From NCBI GenBank assembly GCA_030704615.1, contig CM060732.1:9734001-9798000 (forward strand): 64,000 nucleotides of DNA, given 5' to 3'. Each line of letters begins with the position of its first letter. Within the stretch, counting starts at the first letter, position 1. The notes below the pieces were generated by a model. It was not told the origin of the DNA. It did no database searches and saw only the letters and a list, made by a program, of their open reading frames with translations. This DNA is from Takakia lepidozioides. Its lineage: Eukaryota; Plantae; Bryophyta. Of the stretch, positions 35,416 to 49,341 are shown in pieces. The translations under genes and the position numbers were made by a program.

Positions 35416-35935
35416 CTCCCGGGTATTTCCCTTAAAAAAAAATTAAAATTAAGGGGCCTGATTTGGGAGCTGTCGCTCCCAGGTGTTAAAAAAAAACAAT
35501 GTATTGAGAAAAGCCATTAAGAAAATAGCCATGGCAGAGATGCAATGGCAATATTGATTGGTGTACTATCACCATAACCCCGTTACATTTTATAAAAGGG
35601 ACGGACTCAGCCCGGAAGTCATATTAAGTGGTCATCTTGTAAAAATCAACGAAGATAGGAGGCCATAACAGGCTAAAACATCATAGGATTCGGTAACATC
35701 CATAGCCAAAGAGTCAAGCCTTAACTACCCACAACAACGGATTCACTGCGAACCGTGCCATAGGAAGTGCAATGCTGCTCTCCACTAGAAAGTAACATAC
35801 TCTCGAAAAGAGACTATGGCAAGTAGATAAGCTGGGTGCCTGCAGAAACTGAGGGGTAATTACTGGAGTGGAAAGGAATCCCCTGCTAAGGAGCACCATC
35901 TGAACTGTGGTTTAACGGTGGGTTAGCGTTTTTTG

Positions 35936-36821
35936 GGAATTGCTCAAATTCAAGTGAGCTTTTCATTTTGGAGTCCCAGTTTTTCGGTCACTGGACGTCA
36001 ATTTCGCCGGGGAGTCACCAAAGGTTGGGAGGGTGTCTGTCCAGAGATGTTCGATGGAGACCTTCTGCAGTGTCGTTGAAATCTGCAAATTGGGCACACC
36101 ATTTCACCGAAGTACATCTGCGCTGCATCCACAAAGCACTAACGTGAATCATAGCGAGATTGAATTATAATTTAATTAAAGAATGATAAAATTATGCAGT
36201 TATCTCACTTTCTGATTTCTCATCTACTTTCATGATATTTTTCATCCATGTTGATGTACTGTACAATCGTACTTGGGAAGGTAGGCACTGTGATGAGCAG
36301 GCTCCTACTGTGAAAATGAAGCCTGAACTTTACATAGCATCAAATTGTTTTTGTATAGAAATAAATCGAGTCCATGATTTTTTCATGAAGGAAACTATTT
36401 TTAGAGTGTCCAATGATTGTGGTGTACGAATAATCAATATTGTTCCCAGGTGTTTTTCATTTCCAGAATGATAATATTATTGACGATGAGATTATTGGAC
36501 CAACTTGACTATTCTTTTTCTTTTCTACCACGTTTCCCACGACAAACTTGAAGTGCAACGACTCTCATTTGAGTGCGACAAAATAAAATAAACATTATTT
36601 TTGTGGAATGGGTCAATGGACATAATTTTATATTAAAAAATGTACTTTTGGATTTTGGAAACAGGGGATGGTACTGGAAATAAAATTAACAAAAAAGAGA
36701 GGCGAAACAAGCGACGGGCAGCTTCCAGAAGGTCTCCACCGGACCAGCAAGATAAAACATCTGCCCAAAACAGAGAGCCAGTGAAGGCCTAAAATGCTTG
36801 CTCCAGAGTAGTTTGAAATTC
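35936..36821. mobile_element. Old fold-back/MITE-like element with degenerate long TIRs (tentative)
   Basis: GGAGACCTTCTG (~36055) matches CAGAAGGTCTCC (~36726) in inverted orientation, and TCACTGG matches CCAGTGA. AT-rich interior. Confidence 0.35.
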
Positions 36822-37284
36822 AGGTGCGCTATGGTGTCGGTGCTTTGATTATTGTGATGGGGCTAATTGATATCCTCCAGAAGTTTGGGGATCCCCCCGC
36901 AGGAAGGCTGGAGTTCCACTAGACTTGTTCCGAGTCGGTACCCAAGCTGACGACCCCTCTATCCAAAAGCCAAAAAACAACAATGGGCCAGTAACTTCCA
37001 GGGCATCTGGCGATTGCATGCGTGGCACGAGATGAATGCTGTAGATACGGGAGGATAAAAGACAACCAATTTTTTTCCTACCTCTCTTGTGCGCGGACCA
37101 CAATGTGCAAGTGAACTCTTTGAGCTCTTGCAAAAGTTTGTACAAGGGGTGGACAAAACAAGTTGTGTGGCACTTGTACCGTATCCACCCGTGTTCTGGT
37201 AGGCCATATTTTGAGTTTACTGCAAACTGGCTGCCCGTCCGCCCTAAGGTGAACTTAGAGCGGCAAACTATTCCTTCTCTTTTT

Positions 37285-37515
37285 TCTTTTTAATTTTTTA
37301 AAAGGGAAACACCTGGGAGCGACAGCTCACGAATCAGGCCCCTTAATTATGGTTAGAGGAGAAAATAACCTCTTTCAGAGTAACCTGGCCGTGAAGGCTT
37401 TCGCATGGGACACCGCCCAAGGGAAGGGGGAGAAGAACATACCACACCCATCTAGGTAGCTGGATTTGACCCCAGAATCATCTGGGTCTGCACTATCCAA
37501 CTGAGCTACTGACTG
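37285..37515 (-). mobile_element. tRNA-derived SINE, intact copy
   Basis: A box TAGCTCAGTTGG, B box GGGTCAAATCC, shared body ..CCCTTGGGCGGTGTCCCATGCG..AATTAAGGGGCCTGA..CTCCCAGGTGTT, and A-rich tail. Confidence 0.85.
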
Positions 37516-39581
37516 TTGGTCACACTTGTGTATTATTGGCCTCACAATCTTCCAAAAATAACAGCTCAAATACCAGAAGTCAGAAGACATTCAAATCGAC
37601 ATCCAATGACTCAGATGAATGAACGGTTTGTCTTGTGTGCACAAATAAACATCCAATGAATTCCAAGCCTGTATTCTCAGTCGAGTCACCCTACAACCGC
37701 GGCCGGTCTGCCCAGAAGAATCTGTTTTTGTTTGGAGACGGGCAGCCCTGCTGCGGCGCGGTCGCCGCGCGGTGGGGCTACACAATAGTACCTTCCAAAT
37801 GGGGGCCCGTGTTGTGGGTGAGACTGCAACTGAGATCCTGGATGAATGCAGCGAAAGGCCTCAGTCAGTGAGCTCCCTGGGGTTTCTATTTATAACGTAT
37901 TGAGAGGGTGCAGTAACTGAGCCAAAGTACTACCTAGTCTGTATGAGGCTGGCCTCACTGTTTGGAAGAGCAATCACACAAGCAGGGATTACTCAGCAAA
38001 TTTCCCAGGATTGCTCACCCTAAATACAGTTCAGAGAAGAGTAAATAGAAGAGTTACAGGCATTGCATCTCCATGTCATACATATAGGATGTATCCTTAT
38101 CTGCACCTTCCGATTGTGGTTGTGGGTCCCCAGGGAAGGATGTGTATTGAGAGTGAACCCACAAGAGAGCAGGATCTTTGGAGCCATCTTTCTGGGGATT
38201 CTTTGATTGCCAACTACAAACCCATCTTTGGAAGCGGATTATTATATCAAGCTACCCCTTTTCCTGTGTGTTTTAATATGATTTACAGGGCTTCCTCCCC
38301 TTTTTTAAACACATTTTCACACAATCTGCTCTGAGATAACCTTCGAGAGGGAGAATTTATTTAGTACCTTGGAATGAGCCACCCACCTGCCATTTATGGT
38401 GGCTATGCTCGGCACTCCAAGTGCCCCACCATCATACCCAGGATTGCGCTGGACCTGATTGGCTGTAGACACAGATGGATAGGGTTTCCAGCTACTGATT
38501 GGCTGGAGACTTGAAGCAGCTTGTAGAAAAGTCTAGTGGCCCGGCAGTAGTCAGCCGCTGCAGAGAGCGGCAAGTGGGGCAAATGATTCTCTATCGGCCT
38601 CTTCAGATTCGACAGAATATCCATCATGGTGGTCGTAGCCTGGTCACAGTGAGAGTGTTGTGATGCTGTCCCCCTGCCTTTGTATGACTCTCAGTACAAG
38701 AATCCCTAGTACCATAGTTACTATGTATGTAGAGCGCATGTGCACACCTATGCACTTGGGGTTGAGTTGGATTTGGTTCGGGTACAGCGATGAAAGAAGC
38801 AAGGGTATGGCAGGTTTGTTCACCCATTCTGGGTCCCCCTCTCAAATGTGGGCTCACACAAATGAATGGAAGTCACAACCGTGGATTGAAGAAGTGGTTG
38901 ACTGAGGGGCTCTGTAATTGCCCAACAACCAAAGGCACAACAATTACCTGAATGAACGTCTAGTTGTCTGTTGCAATTCAGGACATCATCCATTGTAATA
39001 GCAAGTATCTATCTTCATTGCAGGTCCTCTATCTGCAGGTGTAACATATATGTGTTGTTCACACTTGGTCAAGGCTAGCTTGATCCTATGCAACACTTGT
39101 TGCTAATAAGGCCCACAAGGGATAAGTGAGCTGAATTTTAGAGAGAGCTGTGGCACGTAAGTAGTGGTCACTGTAGTGTAAAAGTTACAGCTACGTCCTA
39201 GTATCTTAGGGGGCCTGCTCGGAGCTTGAGGGAGCTGGAGGGCCGGTAGCTGTTGCTGATCTACTTAGGTTAAGCAAATAATTTTACCATGTGCAGTATC
39301 TGTCAGGGAAATTTAGCTATTTGCGAGTAGACACTGACACGACGGTACCCACCTGCCCAAATTGCCCACAAATTTTGCAGCCTTGCAGTGATGAGCCTGA
39401 GCTCCCAATGGAGGTGATAACGTGACAACATCCAAGGAGACAATGTGAATGTGTACCCTGGGAGCTGGGGGAGCAGTGTACTCTAGCATACATTTGCATA
39501 CATTTGTTGCAGCACAGGGCAGGCCGTCATTACAGAATGATCGAGGTGTGAACTTTGAAGCCATATGGTCCACACATTTAA

Positions 39582-40913
39582 CCCCTAAGCGTCAAAACGA
39601 CCCAACTTGGGTCGGTTGGGTTTAGAAAACAGGCTGGTTATCTCTGACATAGGCTCATTCGACTGGAAATCAAGTCTGATATGATGTGGCATTTCCCAAT
39701 TGGTCATACGACTTGGCAATTGCCACGTAAAAAGCGTAGAGTCTGCCACACTCGTGATTTTGAGGCCACTTTCCACCATCTAACCTGCCCTGAGGATGAT
39801 GTGGCAACTAGGGTCAGGTTAGGGTGAAATTCCATGCACCCCCCATGGCGTGTCTCCCAACACCCTTTATTGCGCCACTTACCCCCTAAATGGCACCCGC
39901 AGCCGACCTGCCTCGGATATCTCCATGCCTAATCCCCAAGCTGGAATCAATGGCGATGGTAGCTCCGGGCGTGGTTTGGTGTCAAACCTGTTGTGGGGGG
40001 GGGTGGGGGAGAGCGCGGGAAGAGACTCAATTGATGCGCAGCCGGAGAGCTGCCTGGAGATGCTTCCACCCACTTTGTGAAATCCGGCGAGTTTTTTTTT
40101 CCCGTCCTGAAAACCGGGACACATTTCCGGCATGGGTGGCCCATGAACGCGTGGGGTGGGTGACCCCAAAACCCAATAAACATAGGGGTGGCCCGAACCT
40201 GGGTGGGGGGGGACATGCCTTGTGAGGGGTGGAGGCCTAATCAGTTTAGGGACGGGTAGGATGAGCCATCCCCTAAAACCCTCCACAAGAGAGGGCTACC
40301 GCCCAAAAATTATAGGCCCACATAGGTGCAATTGCAAGTCTCATGGGCAGGGGGTAAAAAGACCTAGTAGGAGATTCAGATTGGCCCGAAATGTTTTTGC
40401 GGAAAAGCCATACCCACCCACAACATTCCCACCGGAGCGATTGCCAAATGAACGGCTCAAAATGTTTCCTCAATTTTCTGAACAAACCTTTTTACCTGTC
40501 CGAAGGAAAACCCCAAATTTGACCCCCCATTTTTAGCATACAAAGCAGCCCACCTGAGATTATGTCAGAAAAAGATGAAATTTGCAGGGAAGGTGGCTTA
40601 TATGACAGGGCACCAGATTCTGGAGAGTGTCATGTCAGACCAGTTTGCAGATGGGAAATTCGATAGAAAAAGCACTTTTTTTTTCCCTATTTACTTCATT
40701 TGTTTTTTTTTTGCACCCCTTTAGACATTATATTCTTTGGATCTGCTGGTTGGATTTAGACAGGGATTTTTGTGGTCGTAGATGGGGTGGTTGAGAGTAT
40801 ATTCTAGCGGTTAGTTTTACAGTGCCTTAGTAAATCTCAAGATATAAATGTTTTAGAGGGCCAGGGTCCAGTTTTTGAGGTCTTGGCAAAAATTGTCCCT
40901 TGTCCTTTAGGGG
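39582..40913. mobile_element. piggyBac-like non-autonomous element (TTAA TSD, CCCC...GGGG termini)
   Basis: TTAA|CCCCTAAGCGTCAA ... TTGTCCTTTAGGGG|TTAA, with TTAA at 39578-39581 and 40914-40917. Imperfect ~14-bp TIR. No transposase. Confidence 0.6.
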
Positions 40914-41141
40914 TTAATCTTGTGACCAGGTCTGCAACATCAAAGCTGGACTCTTCTGGAACCTGACGGCCAAGAGCAGTCTACCACGCCCAAAATCGCA
41001 GTACCAAGGTACTTTCAACCTTCCCACGTCTGTGATCGGACACTCAAGAGTACCAGGCTACATATGTACATTTGACAGTACAAATACAGTGCAAGGAACT
41101 GACGTGCAAAATCTTGAAGGCAATGTAATGCGTTGTGCATA

Positions 41142-41711
41142 CCCTCCGCGGACAACCGTTTAGGCATTTTTGCGCCTAATAATTATTAATAACCAAACAG
41201 ACTGCTTAGGCACGTTTCTCAAACCATTTCCCACATTAGGCATCTTCATGCTATAAGTTTTTTGAATTAGGCACATGAGAAGAGAAAAAAGGAAAAAAAG
41301 AAGAAGAGAAAACATTTATTTTCTTAAGAATAAAAATACAAAATAGAAACCCAATGCCCATGGGCCCCTTGTCCCATGCCAACAGGCCCAGCTCAAATCT
41401 CCTCCGAGCTTGCACCTAGCCGGCCCCGCCTCATGAGTCCATACTCCATTAGGTTTTCGCAAATAGACTGGGATTTGTAGGAAGTTATTTCCGCACGCAT
41501 ATATTTGTATTGATTTTTGTTCAATGACATTTTCATCTTATTACAAACAACATGAGAAGAGGCTTGAAAGTATTTTGCTGGAATTTTTAGGCATCAGGCA
41601 CTTTGGTCCCATAGTTTCCGAACAATTAGGCCAAAATCTGAAAAATTCCCAAAACGTGTTAGGCACTTTCATTTTGATTTAATTATCACCTAAATGGTTG
41701 TCCAGGGACGG
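41142..41711. mobile_element. Tc1/mariner-type MITE (TA TSD)
   Basis: TA|CCCTCCGCGGACAACCGTTTAGG vs rc TA|CCGTCCCTGGACAACCATTTAGG. Confidence 0.8.
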
Positions 41712-42805
41712 TAATTTTAGCCCACAGTTGAGGCATTTCACCACATCCGGCTATGGGTTCTACCTTTCATCTTTTGGCGAGATGTACCAAAGAATATCAC
41801 AATTTAAAAGCTGCCTGACTCTCATACTGAGATGTAGCATGTAACCCCATACTTTTGCTAAAGCCCCAAGAGTCTCCTAGTTAGCTATAGGCCAACCTTT
41901 GGCTGCAGCCAGCTTCTGCAAAGATCCATCTTGGCATTTTCTGATGAATTGGGTTTCATGCAATGTTTTAGTGTCTGTAATTTGGGTTTCCAGTCATAAC
42001 TTGGCTTTTGTCACTGCCAATACCGATTAGCCTAGAACCCCTAGGTAAGTAAACTATGACTAACCAGCGACGAGGACTTCGATCATGTCTGTGTTGCACA
42101 GACCTAGTACTAAGAACTTCAGGAGGACAGAGTGGGAGTTACTGAGCGTGCGTAGTACTAATGCAAATACATGTATGCAACCCTAAAGTGTGTGACATCT
42201 GACATGGTAATCCTGTGTATGACATCAGCTGCTGTCGCTCCTCCTCCTGGCCATCCTAAGTCCTCCTGTCAATGGCAAGTGAAACGAATGAATGAAATTT
42301 ATGGACGGATCAAGGGTGGGGTTTTAGAGCTCGGTAGGCCTGCAGAGTCTTAAGCGAGAAACAGACGCACACCCCCCAACAAGTTGGCCTGGGGCATTGA
42401 AAATTCAATCTCTCAGCACTTCAACAAAACTTGCTGTCATCAACAGAGAAAAAACAAATGTGGATGTTGGTACTGAGAAAAACCTGAGAAGTGGATTATT
42501 AGTACTAGATAGTCAATCCACAACTCACGGTGACAAACGAAAACGGCAACCACCAGCGAAATTGGAAACAGTGCTCTACTTGTCTGCCCCACACTTACAC
42601 TTGATCTAATAGTCACTGCTGTAGTGGCGCCGCTTGAATGAAGAGTATCTTACTAGGGTTGTGATAACTGATAACCAAACTTGCACCAGCATGACATACT
42701 AGTGACTTCACGCTGGAATCCAATTCTGGCACAGAGCCCATTAAACAAATGTATATGGGGCAAGTCACTTTGCTCTGAAGGTTTTGATAGTAGAAAACTA
42801 ACCAA

Positions 42806-43141
42806 TAGCTGGTAGCTCAGTTGGATAGTGCACTCAGTGCCACCCAGATGAGTCTGGGGTCAAATCCTGCTACCTTGATGGCTGTGGTATGTTCTTCTCC
42901 CCCTTCCCTTGGGCGGTGTCCCATGCGAACGCCTTCACGGCGAGATTACTCTGAAAGAGGTTATTTTTCCTCTCACTATAATTAAGGGGCCTGAAGACCA
43001 CATGCAGTTAGATCTGAGTTCAGGACTGTTGGTCAGTTCTAATAAAGGGACTTTCGTCTCCTTCGACGGGTAGCCTTGGGTAGGGTGCCCCCCTCCATTC
43101 GGAAACAAAGGGCTTAAGTTGTGAGATGTCACTCCCAGGTT
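42806..43141 (+). mobile_element. tRNA-derived SINE copy with a ~115-bp insertion near its 3' end
   Basis: Same A/B boxes and body as 37285-37515. The 3' end resumes at ~43110 (GGGCTTAAGTTGTGAGATGTCACTCCCAGGT). Confidence 0.8.
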
Positions 43142-43941
43142 GAGCGTGAAATAGGGACCCACTTCTACTAGAGTAGATTATTAGAAGACTTCAGATGAGA
43201 AGTGAGGGAAGAATGAGCAAATGCTGGTGGTATTAAAGGACTCGGTTGTGCCTCGTGCAATATACCCTCCCAGAGATTATACTCATTGTTTGAATGTTGA
43301 GCTCACCATATCCAAGCACACCCAATTGGAAGGTTAGCATGATCTTCGAGGAATTTCCCTAGAAACCAGCCCAAATCTTCCCCACTCAGTTTTTATGAAA
43401 TGATTTCAATGCCAGTCATTCAAGCATGTCTTATCATCGATCTCATCATGAAGATGGAGCATGTGGAAATGTACACTTACCACAACTTTAATGCTTTGTT
43501 GGAATCTACTCTTTGACTGATAACTTCTCTTCCAGATTTATGCCGGAGAGCTACGCGTGTATAGCCCGAACCCTAAGCTAGCGCGGGCAATAAAGAGGGC
43601 GGCAGCCCAAACCTCGAGTTTGGCGATCATCATCATTTCTGGGCCCACTTTGGCTGCTTGCTATACGGACGCTTTCACACTTAGCAAAGTGGTGTTGGAT
43701 TATTCTATTCTTGCAATTGATGTTATTTATGTCCATGAGAAGGTCGTTGTGTTTATGCTCTGAGGATATGGGCCAGTACAGCCTGCCGTGCTCAGCGTCG
43801 GCATGCAAGCTGTTTCGTGCTGGCAGTTGCTTACACGATAGATTACTCGACAATCTGGATCGGCTCACAGTATGTAATCTGATGGTACATTATTATATTA
43901 TAAAGCTACTGTATTTGGGTACCAAGAACCCACTCGCTATA

Positions 43942-46900
43942 TAAAACAACCCTGTTCTGACAGGAATCACTCTGAACAATCCTTTTACAGTTCAATCTTG
44001 ATGGAACCATAATCACAAGATCTACACAGTCCTTTTGAAAAAAAGGTGAACCATAGTCCCTGTCCTATAAAAGCCAGTGACTATTTCTAGATTAACCAAC
44101 TCTAATATGCGGGGCACCGGTTATCACATCCGGTCCACCCAGCCACCACGCCGTGCCTATCTCCTGCATCAGTTCTATCAGATCCTAGTGTCCTCCAGGC
44201 CACCATCCTCAATCCTCTGCAGCTCTTTCTTCGTGTACAGGTGACCTTCACCACCTGTTGACCTCCTTGGCAGGTGATCAGTACTCAAAGCTGGCAGTTG
44301 TCTCTCCAAACCAAACCTTCACGTGACACTGCTCCAGCTTTCCCCCCACCTGTCATTCACACCGCCCCATGGCCTTTTCCGCCCAAAAGTCATTCAGACT
44401 TGTTGCCTAGAGGACCATAACAAACTCCCCCACTAAAGATTTATCATTGTCCGCAATGATAGTGAAATGGGGAAAATCCAATTGCAGGTCACTTTTTTTT
44501 TCCCAAGTAGCTTCAGATTCTGGATAGTGATACCACTTGACAAGATGTTCACGATATGAACGATTTCAAAGGTGTTTCATTCTTGTCTCTAGAATAGATT
44601 CAGGTTCAGCCAATAACTGACCTTCATTCATAACTTTGGGTAGTTCGGGTAAAATATGACTGGGGTCTGCCACATATTTCCTTAGGAGGCTGACATGAAA
44701 GACGTCATGGATTTTCCAAGTAGTTGGCAGATCTAGCTGGTATGCCACAAATCCATAACGCTTTAAGATCACAAAAGGTCCACAGAATTTTGGGGACAGC
44801 TTAGGACACTTGCCCAATTTCAACTGGCTTCTGTTGGGAGCAACTTTCAAGAAGACCTTGTCGCCTACCTCAAATTCACGGAAGCTTTTGTGCTTGTCAG
44901 CATAGAACTTGGCTATTTCTTGAGCACTTCTCATGCTTCTCTTTACCAAATCCAACACCGAGTGCATTTCATGGACCATGTCATTGACAGACTGGACCTT
45001 AGACAATGACGTGGAAAGAGAAGCTGGGGTTAAACAATCGCGTCCATAGAGTGCTTGAAATGGGCTCATTCCAATGGCACTATGGAAATTCTTGTTATAG
45101 GCGAACTCTATCAAATACAAGTATGCTCCCAGGAAGTCTGTCTCTGACCAACATACATTCTCAGCATATCCTCAATGGTTCGGTTGGTCCATTCTGTTTG
45201 GGCATCTGTTTCAAGATAATATGCAGTACTAAGTCTCAACTTGGTTCCCAAAAGCTTAAACAAAGTAGTCCAAAAATGACTTGTGAACTTCGTGTCCCTG
45301 TCACAAATGATCTCACGAGGTATCCCGTGGATCCGAAAGATTTCTTTCATGAAGAGTGAAGCCACCTCAGGGGCAGTGACTCTCATTTTTGTGGGAATCA
45401 AGTGTGCTGTCTTAGACAGTCTATCAGCAACCACCATGATGCTATTATGTCCATTTCTGGTCCGTGGCAGTGCCACTATAAAATCCATACTTATCGATTC
45501 CCAGTTTCCACTGGGAACACTTAGTGGTTGTAATAATCCAGGAGGAGGTATCATTTCTGATTTTGAGACTTGACATGGAAAGCATCTATCCACATACTCT
45601 TTGATCTGTCTCTTCATTCCTGGCCAGAAATATTGTTTTCTAACGGCCACATAGGTTCTCTGAAAGCCCGGATGTCCAGCTATGGGAATATTATGACAGT
45701 CATAAATGATACGTAGTCGCAAATCTTGTAAAGAGGGAATGTATATACGCATGTGATAATATAATATCCCATCACGCAACAAGTATGGACGATACTTGTC
45801 AATCTCATCAGAGGTCCGACGGCCATGCAAGAGGCTTTCATATGGTGCTTTGAAAAACACATCATCATCATAATGATTCTTCACATCATCAATCATAGAG
45901 CTTTTCACAAGCGACACAGCATTGACCATCGGCCTTCTAGAGAGTGCATCTGCCAGTACATTCTCTTTTCCCTTCACATACCGCAGATCATAATGAAACT
46001 GTTGAAGGAATTCAACCCATCGAATCTGACGACGACTCAAATTGGGTTGTGTACTGAGATATTTTAAACTCTCATGATCCGATTCAATTGTAAAGTCCAC
46101 AGGAAGCAAGTAGTGCCTCCATATCTTCAGTGCGTGAATCATAGCCAAAAGTTCTTTTTCATGAACAAAATTATTCTGTTCAGCTGGACTGAGCTTTCTG
46201 GACTCATAGGCAATAACGTGACCACTTTGCATCAATATTACTCCAATAGTGAGGTCACTCGCATCAGTGCAAAGCACTATCTCATTCCTGGTAGGATCAA
46301 TTAGCTTCAAGACTGGAGCATGAGTCAATGCAAACTTTAGCTTGTCAAAGCTAACATCACAATCTGGAGTCCAAGCTTCATTCCAATCTTTAGAAGTAGA
46401 GTTCTTTAGTAGATCAGTCATCGGGGTTGCAATGCGAGAGAATGATTTGACAAACTTTCGCAGAAAGCTAGCAAACCCAACAAAGCTTCTGACTTCTATT
46501 TTATCTTTGGGTTTGGGCCATTCGGCCACAGCCTGAATCTTCTTGGAATCAATGGACACCCCATCTTTTGAGATATGAAATCCCAAATAGTCCATATGAT
46601 CTACAAAAACTCACATTTACTCTTCTTTGCAAATAGATGATTCTGCCTTAAGATATCCAAGACCATTCTCAAATGTTGTTCATGCTCTTCTTCTGTTTTA
46701 GAAAATACCAGGATGTCATCCATAAAGACAAGAACCATCTTGCCAAGGTATTTTCGAAACAGAGAGTTCATCAAGTGCATGAACGTAGCCCGAGCATTGG
46801 TAAGTCCAAATGGCATTACCGTATATTCATAATGGCCAAAGCGTGATCGGAATCCAGTCTTAGGAATATCTACATCCTTAATTCGTATCTGGTGGTAACC

Positions 46901-49341
46901 TGATCGCAGATCAAGTTTGGAAAAGACCTTACTCGCATATAGGTGATCAAAGATAATCAATGCGTGGAAGTGGATATTTATTCTTGATCGTCATTTTGTT
47001 CATCGACCTATAGTCCACACACAATCTTAATTCAGAACTGCTTTTGTTCTGACATGTACTCCTGTACTTTTAATATCTGATCCAGACAGACTTTCATGCA
47101 CATTCAGGATAAAAATCTGACCATTTGCCTTACGCGCACACTTTTTCATCTGAACAACAGACATCAGAGGAACATTGGGGAGGGCTCGAGTACCTTTTAA
47201 TTCAAAGGTTTTGCCAGAGGGTAAGGTACCGCTCACCAACCCACGTTTGCAAGCCACCACCACATCCACAATGTCAAGCCATTGCATCCCCAGAATACAG
47301 TCGTAGCAAGCGCCGTTCCAGACTTCAAATTTTGCCTTCGTGTGCACCCCTTGCATGACAACTGGCACAGCTGAAAGATGTTGCTGTGTGGTCTCCACCC
47401 CACCATTTGGTAGCATAATCTGAGATGGCTGTACCTCCTCCTGAGACAATCCCAACTTGTCTGCAAAGGACTTTGACAGCATATTATGGGTGCTGTCAGT
47501 GTCAATCAACAACATTGTTGGTTTCCCCGCCACCTGTCCCTGAACTCGAATAACATTGTGAAATTGTAGGCCACTCCACCATCGACAACTGTAGCTGACA
47601 CCCTCATATTGGGACCCTTTCCAGTGGCCGATCCTAAACAATTTCCGAGGTCTGTAATGGTTACGGGCTCCACCGGTTCTTCCACTACCAAGGCTGCAGT
47701 CTGTCGAAATTAGCGTTCAGGACAATCTGCTGACCAATGGCCGGGCTTGTGACAATTGAAACAGAGCCCCTTCCTAAGATGTTCTTCCTGTTCCCTGGGA
47801 CTTAGGCGAGGTGGATTTCCAACAGTTGGTTTCTGTCGTCTCTGATTGTCGTTGTTCTTGTAGGGTTTGAACCTCTTCCAATTTCCCTTCCTTGCTGGGG
47901 TGATCTTGGGAGAAAATGTCATCTTCTTCTAATTTCCCCTGCACGAGCCGAGTATGCCACTCGCTGTGCCTTGATTTCACATTCAAAATTGCAAGCTAAT
48001 CTATAGGCTTCAACCTCAGTGCGGGGATTGTGGGCTTTGACCTTATATTTCAAAGAGTCATTTAGGCCATCCACAAAAAAATCCACCCTGTCATCTTCAC
48101 TGAGAGTTGGAAAATAGCTGGCATGCATTTTGAATTTGGTCTTGAACTCCACCACATTAGAACTTTCCTGTTTCAGGGTGAAGAGTTCAACCTTCCATCT
48201 TATGAGCGTAAATCTCCAGGGAGATAGTGGGCCAGAAACACTGATCGAAACTTCTCCCAAGTATCAATTGGGGGTTTGCCATGTTCACGGTGTTCCTTTT
48301 TCTAACGAGACCACCACAATTTTGCTGCATCCCGAAGTTGTAGGGTTGTCGTTCTAATTTTTGCTTCTTCAGGGTAATCCTCTTCAAAGAATTCCTCGAG
48401 TGTTTCTAGGAACGACAAAATCTCTTTTGGCTTGACAGAAGTCTTACCCACAAATTCCGGCAGCTTCACCATTTGTTTGATCTCGCGAGTTACATCTTTG
48501 TTTCTCTTGGCTCTGAACTCCAAGGAGCTAGCGTCGGATTGTGATTCGGCCTGGCTTCGCAATTCGTCATGTGAAGTCCCTATGGTTCTTTTTGCACTCG
48601 ATTTCTCTTTTGTTGGTTGAAGTTTCTGGACTTCAGATCGAATGAGTGCACCTAGGGCTTCCATCTGTGCATTAGAGAAAAGCTGACCCTGGCGATCTTC
48701 CTTACGCCGAGAGCTACGAGCATCTGAAGGTTCCATCTCTTTTGAGTTATCGTACGAGCTGCGCCGCACGTTACTCTCCGATCCTAGCAATGAGAGCTTG
48801 CTCATAAATCCAAACGTTCTTTTTTCTGCCCTTATCGTACACAGGCTCTGATACCACTTAAAACAACCCTGAGTTCTGACAGGAATCACTCTGAACAATC
48901 CTTTTACAGTTCAGGTCTTGATGGAACCATAATCACAAGATCTACACAGTCCTTTTGAAAAAAATGTGAACCATAGTCCCTGTCCTATAAAAGCCAGTGA
49001 CTATTTCTAGATTAACCAACTCTAATATGCACAGCACCGGTTATCACATCCGGTCCACCCAGCCACCACGCCGTGCCTATCTCCTGCATCAGTTCTAACA
49101 GATCCTAGTGTCCTCCAGGCCACCATCCTCAATCCTCTTCTCCTCTGCCAGAACCGCAGCTCTACTTCGTGTACAGGTCCACTTGTTGACCTCCTTGGCA
49201 GGTGATCAATACTCAAAGCTGGCAATTGTCTCTCCAAACCTTCACGTGACACTGCTCCAGCTTTCCCCCACCTGTCATTCACACCGCCCCATGTCCTTTT
49301 CCACCCCAGAAGTCATTCATGTTGCCTAGAGGGCCATAACA
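43942..49341 (-). mobile_element. Full-length but decayed Ty3/gypsy chromovirus (LTRs 48859-49341 and 43942-44422; gag-PR-RT-RH-INT-chromodomain)
   Basis: 5-bp TSD CTATA (43937-43941, 49342-49346). PBS TGGTATCAGAGC (tRNA-iMet, 48856-48845). PPT AGTGGGGGAG. CFNCHKPGHWSADC knuckle, VFMDDIL, RNase H CTDAS, integrase HxxxxxGH..C..C and SMDF, chromodomain EPESILETR..LVKW..EATWE. Several frameshifts/stops and a deletion between PR and RT near 47030. Confidence 0.95.

Larger units (their letters stand above)
32218..35445 (+). mobile_element. tRNA-derived SINE copy split into three pieces (32218-32340, 33361-33430, 35416-35445) by an L1 and a TIR element
   Basis: The pieces are collinear with the intact copy at 37285-37515. 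A box TAGCTTAGTTGG, B box GGTCAAACCC, A-rich tail. An extra duplicated SINE 3' end follows at ~35447-35497. Confidence 0.75.

Noticed and set aside
42806-42880. tRNA gene
   Set aside because: A and B boxes are present but there is no full cloverleaf, and it continues into a body shared by several dispersed copies, which makes it a SINE head.
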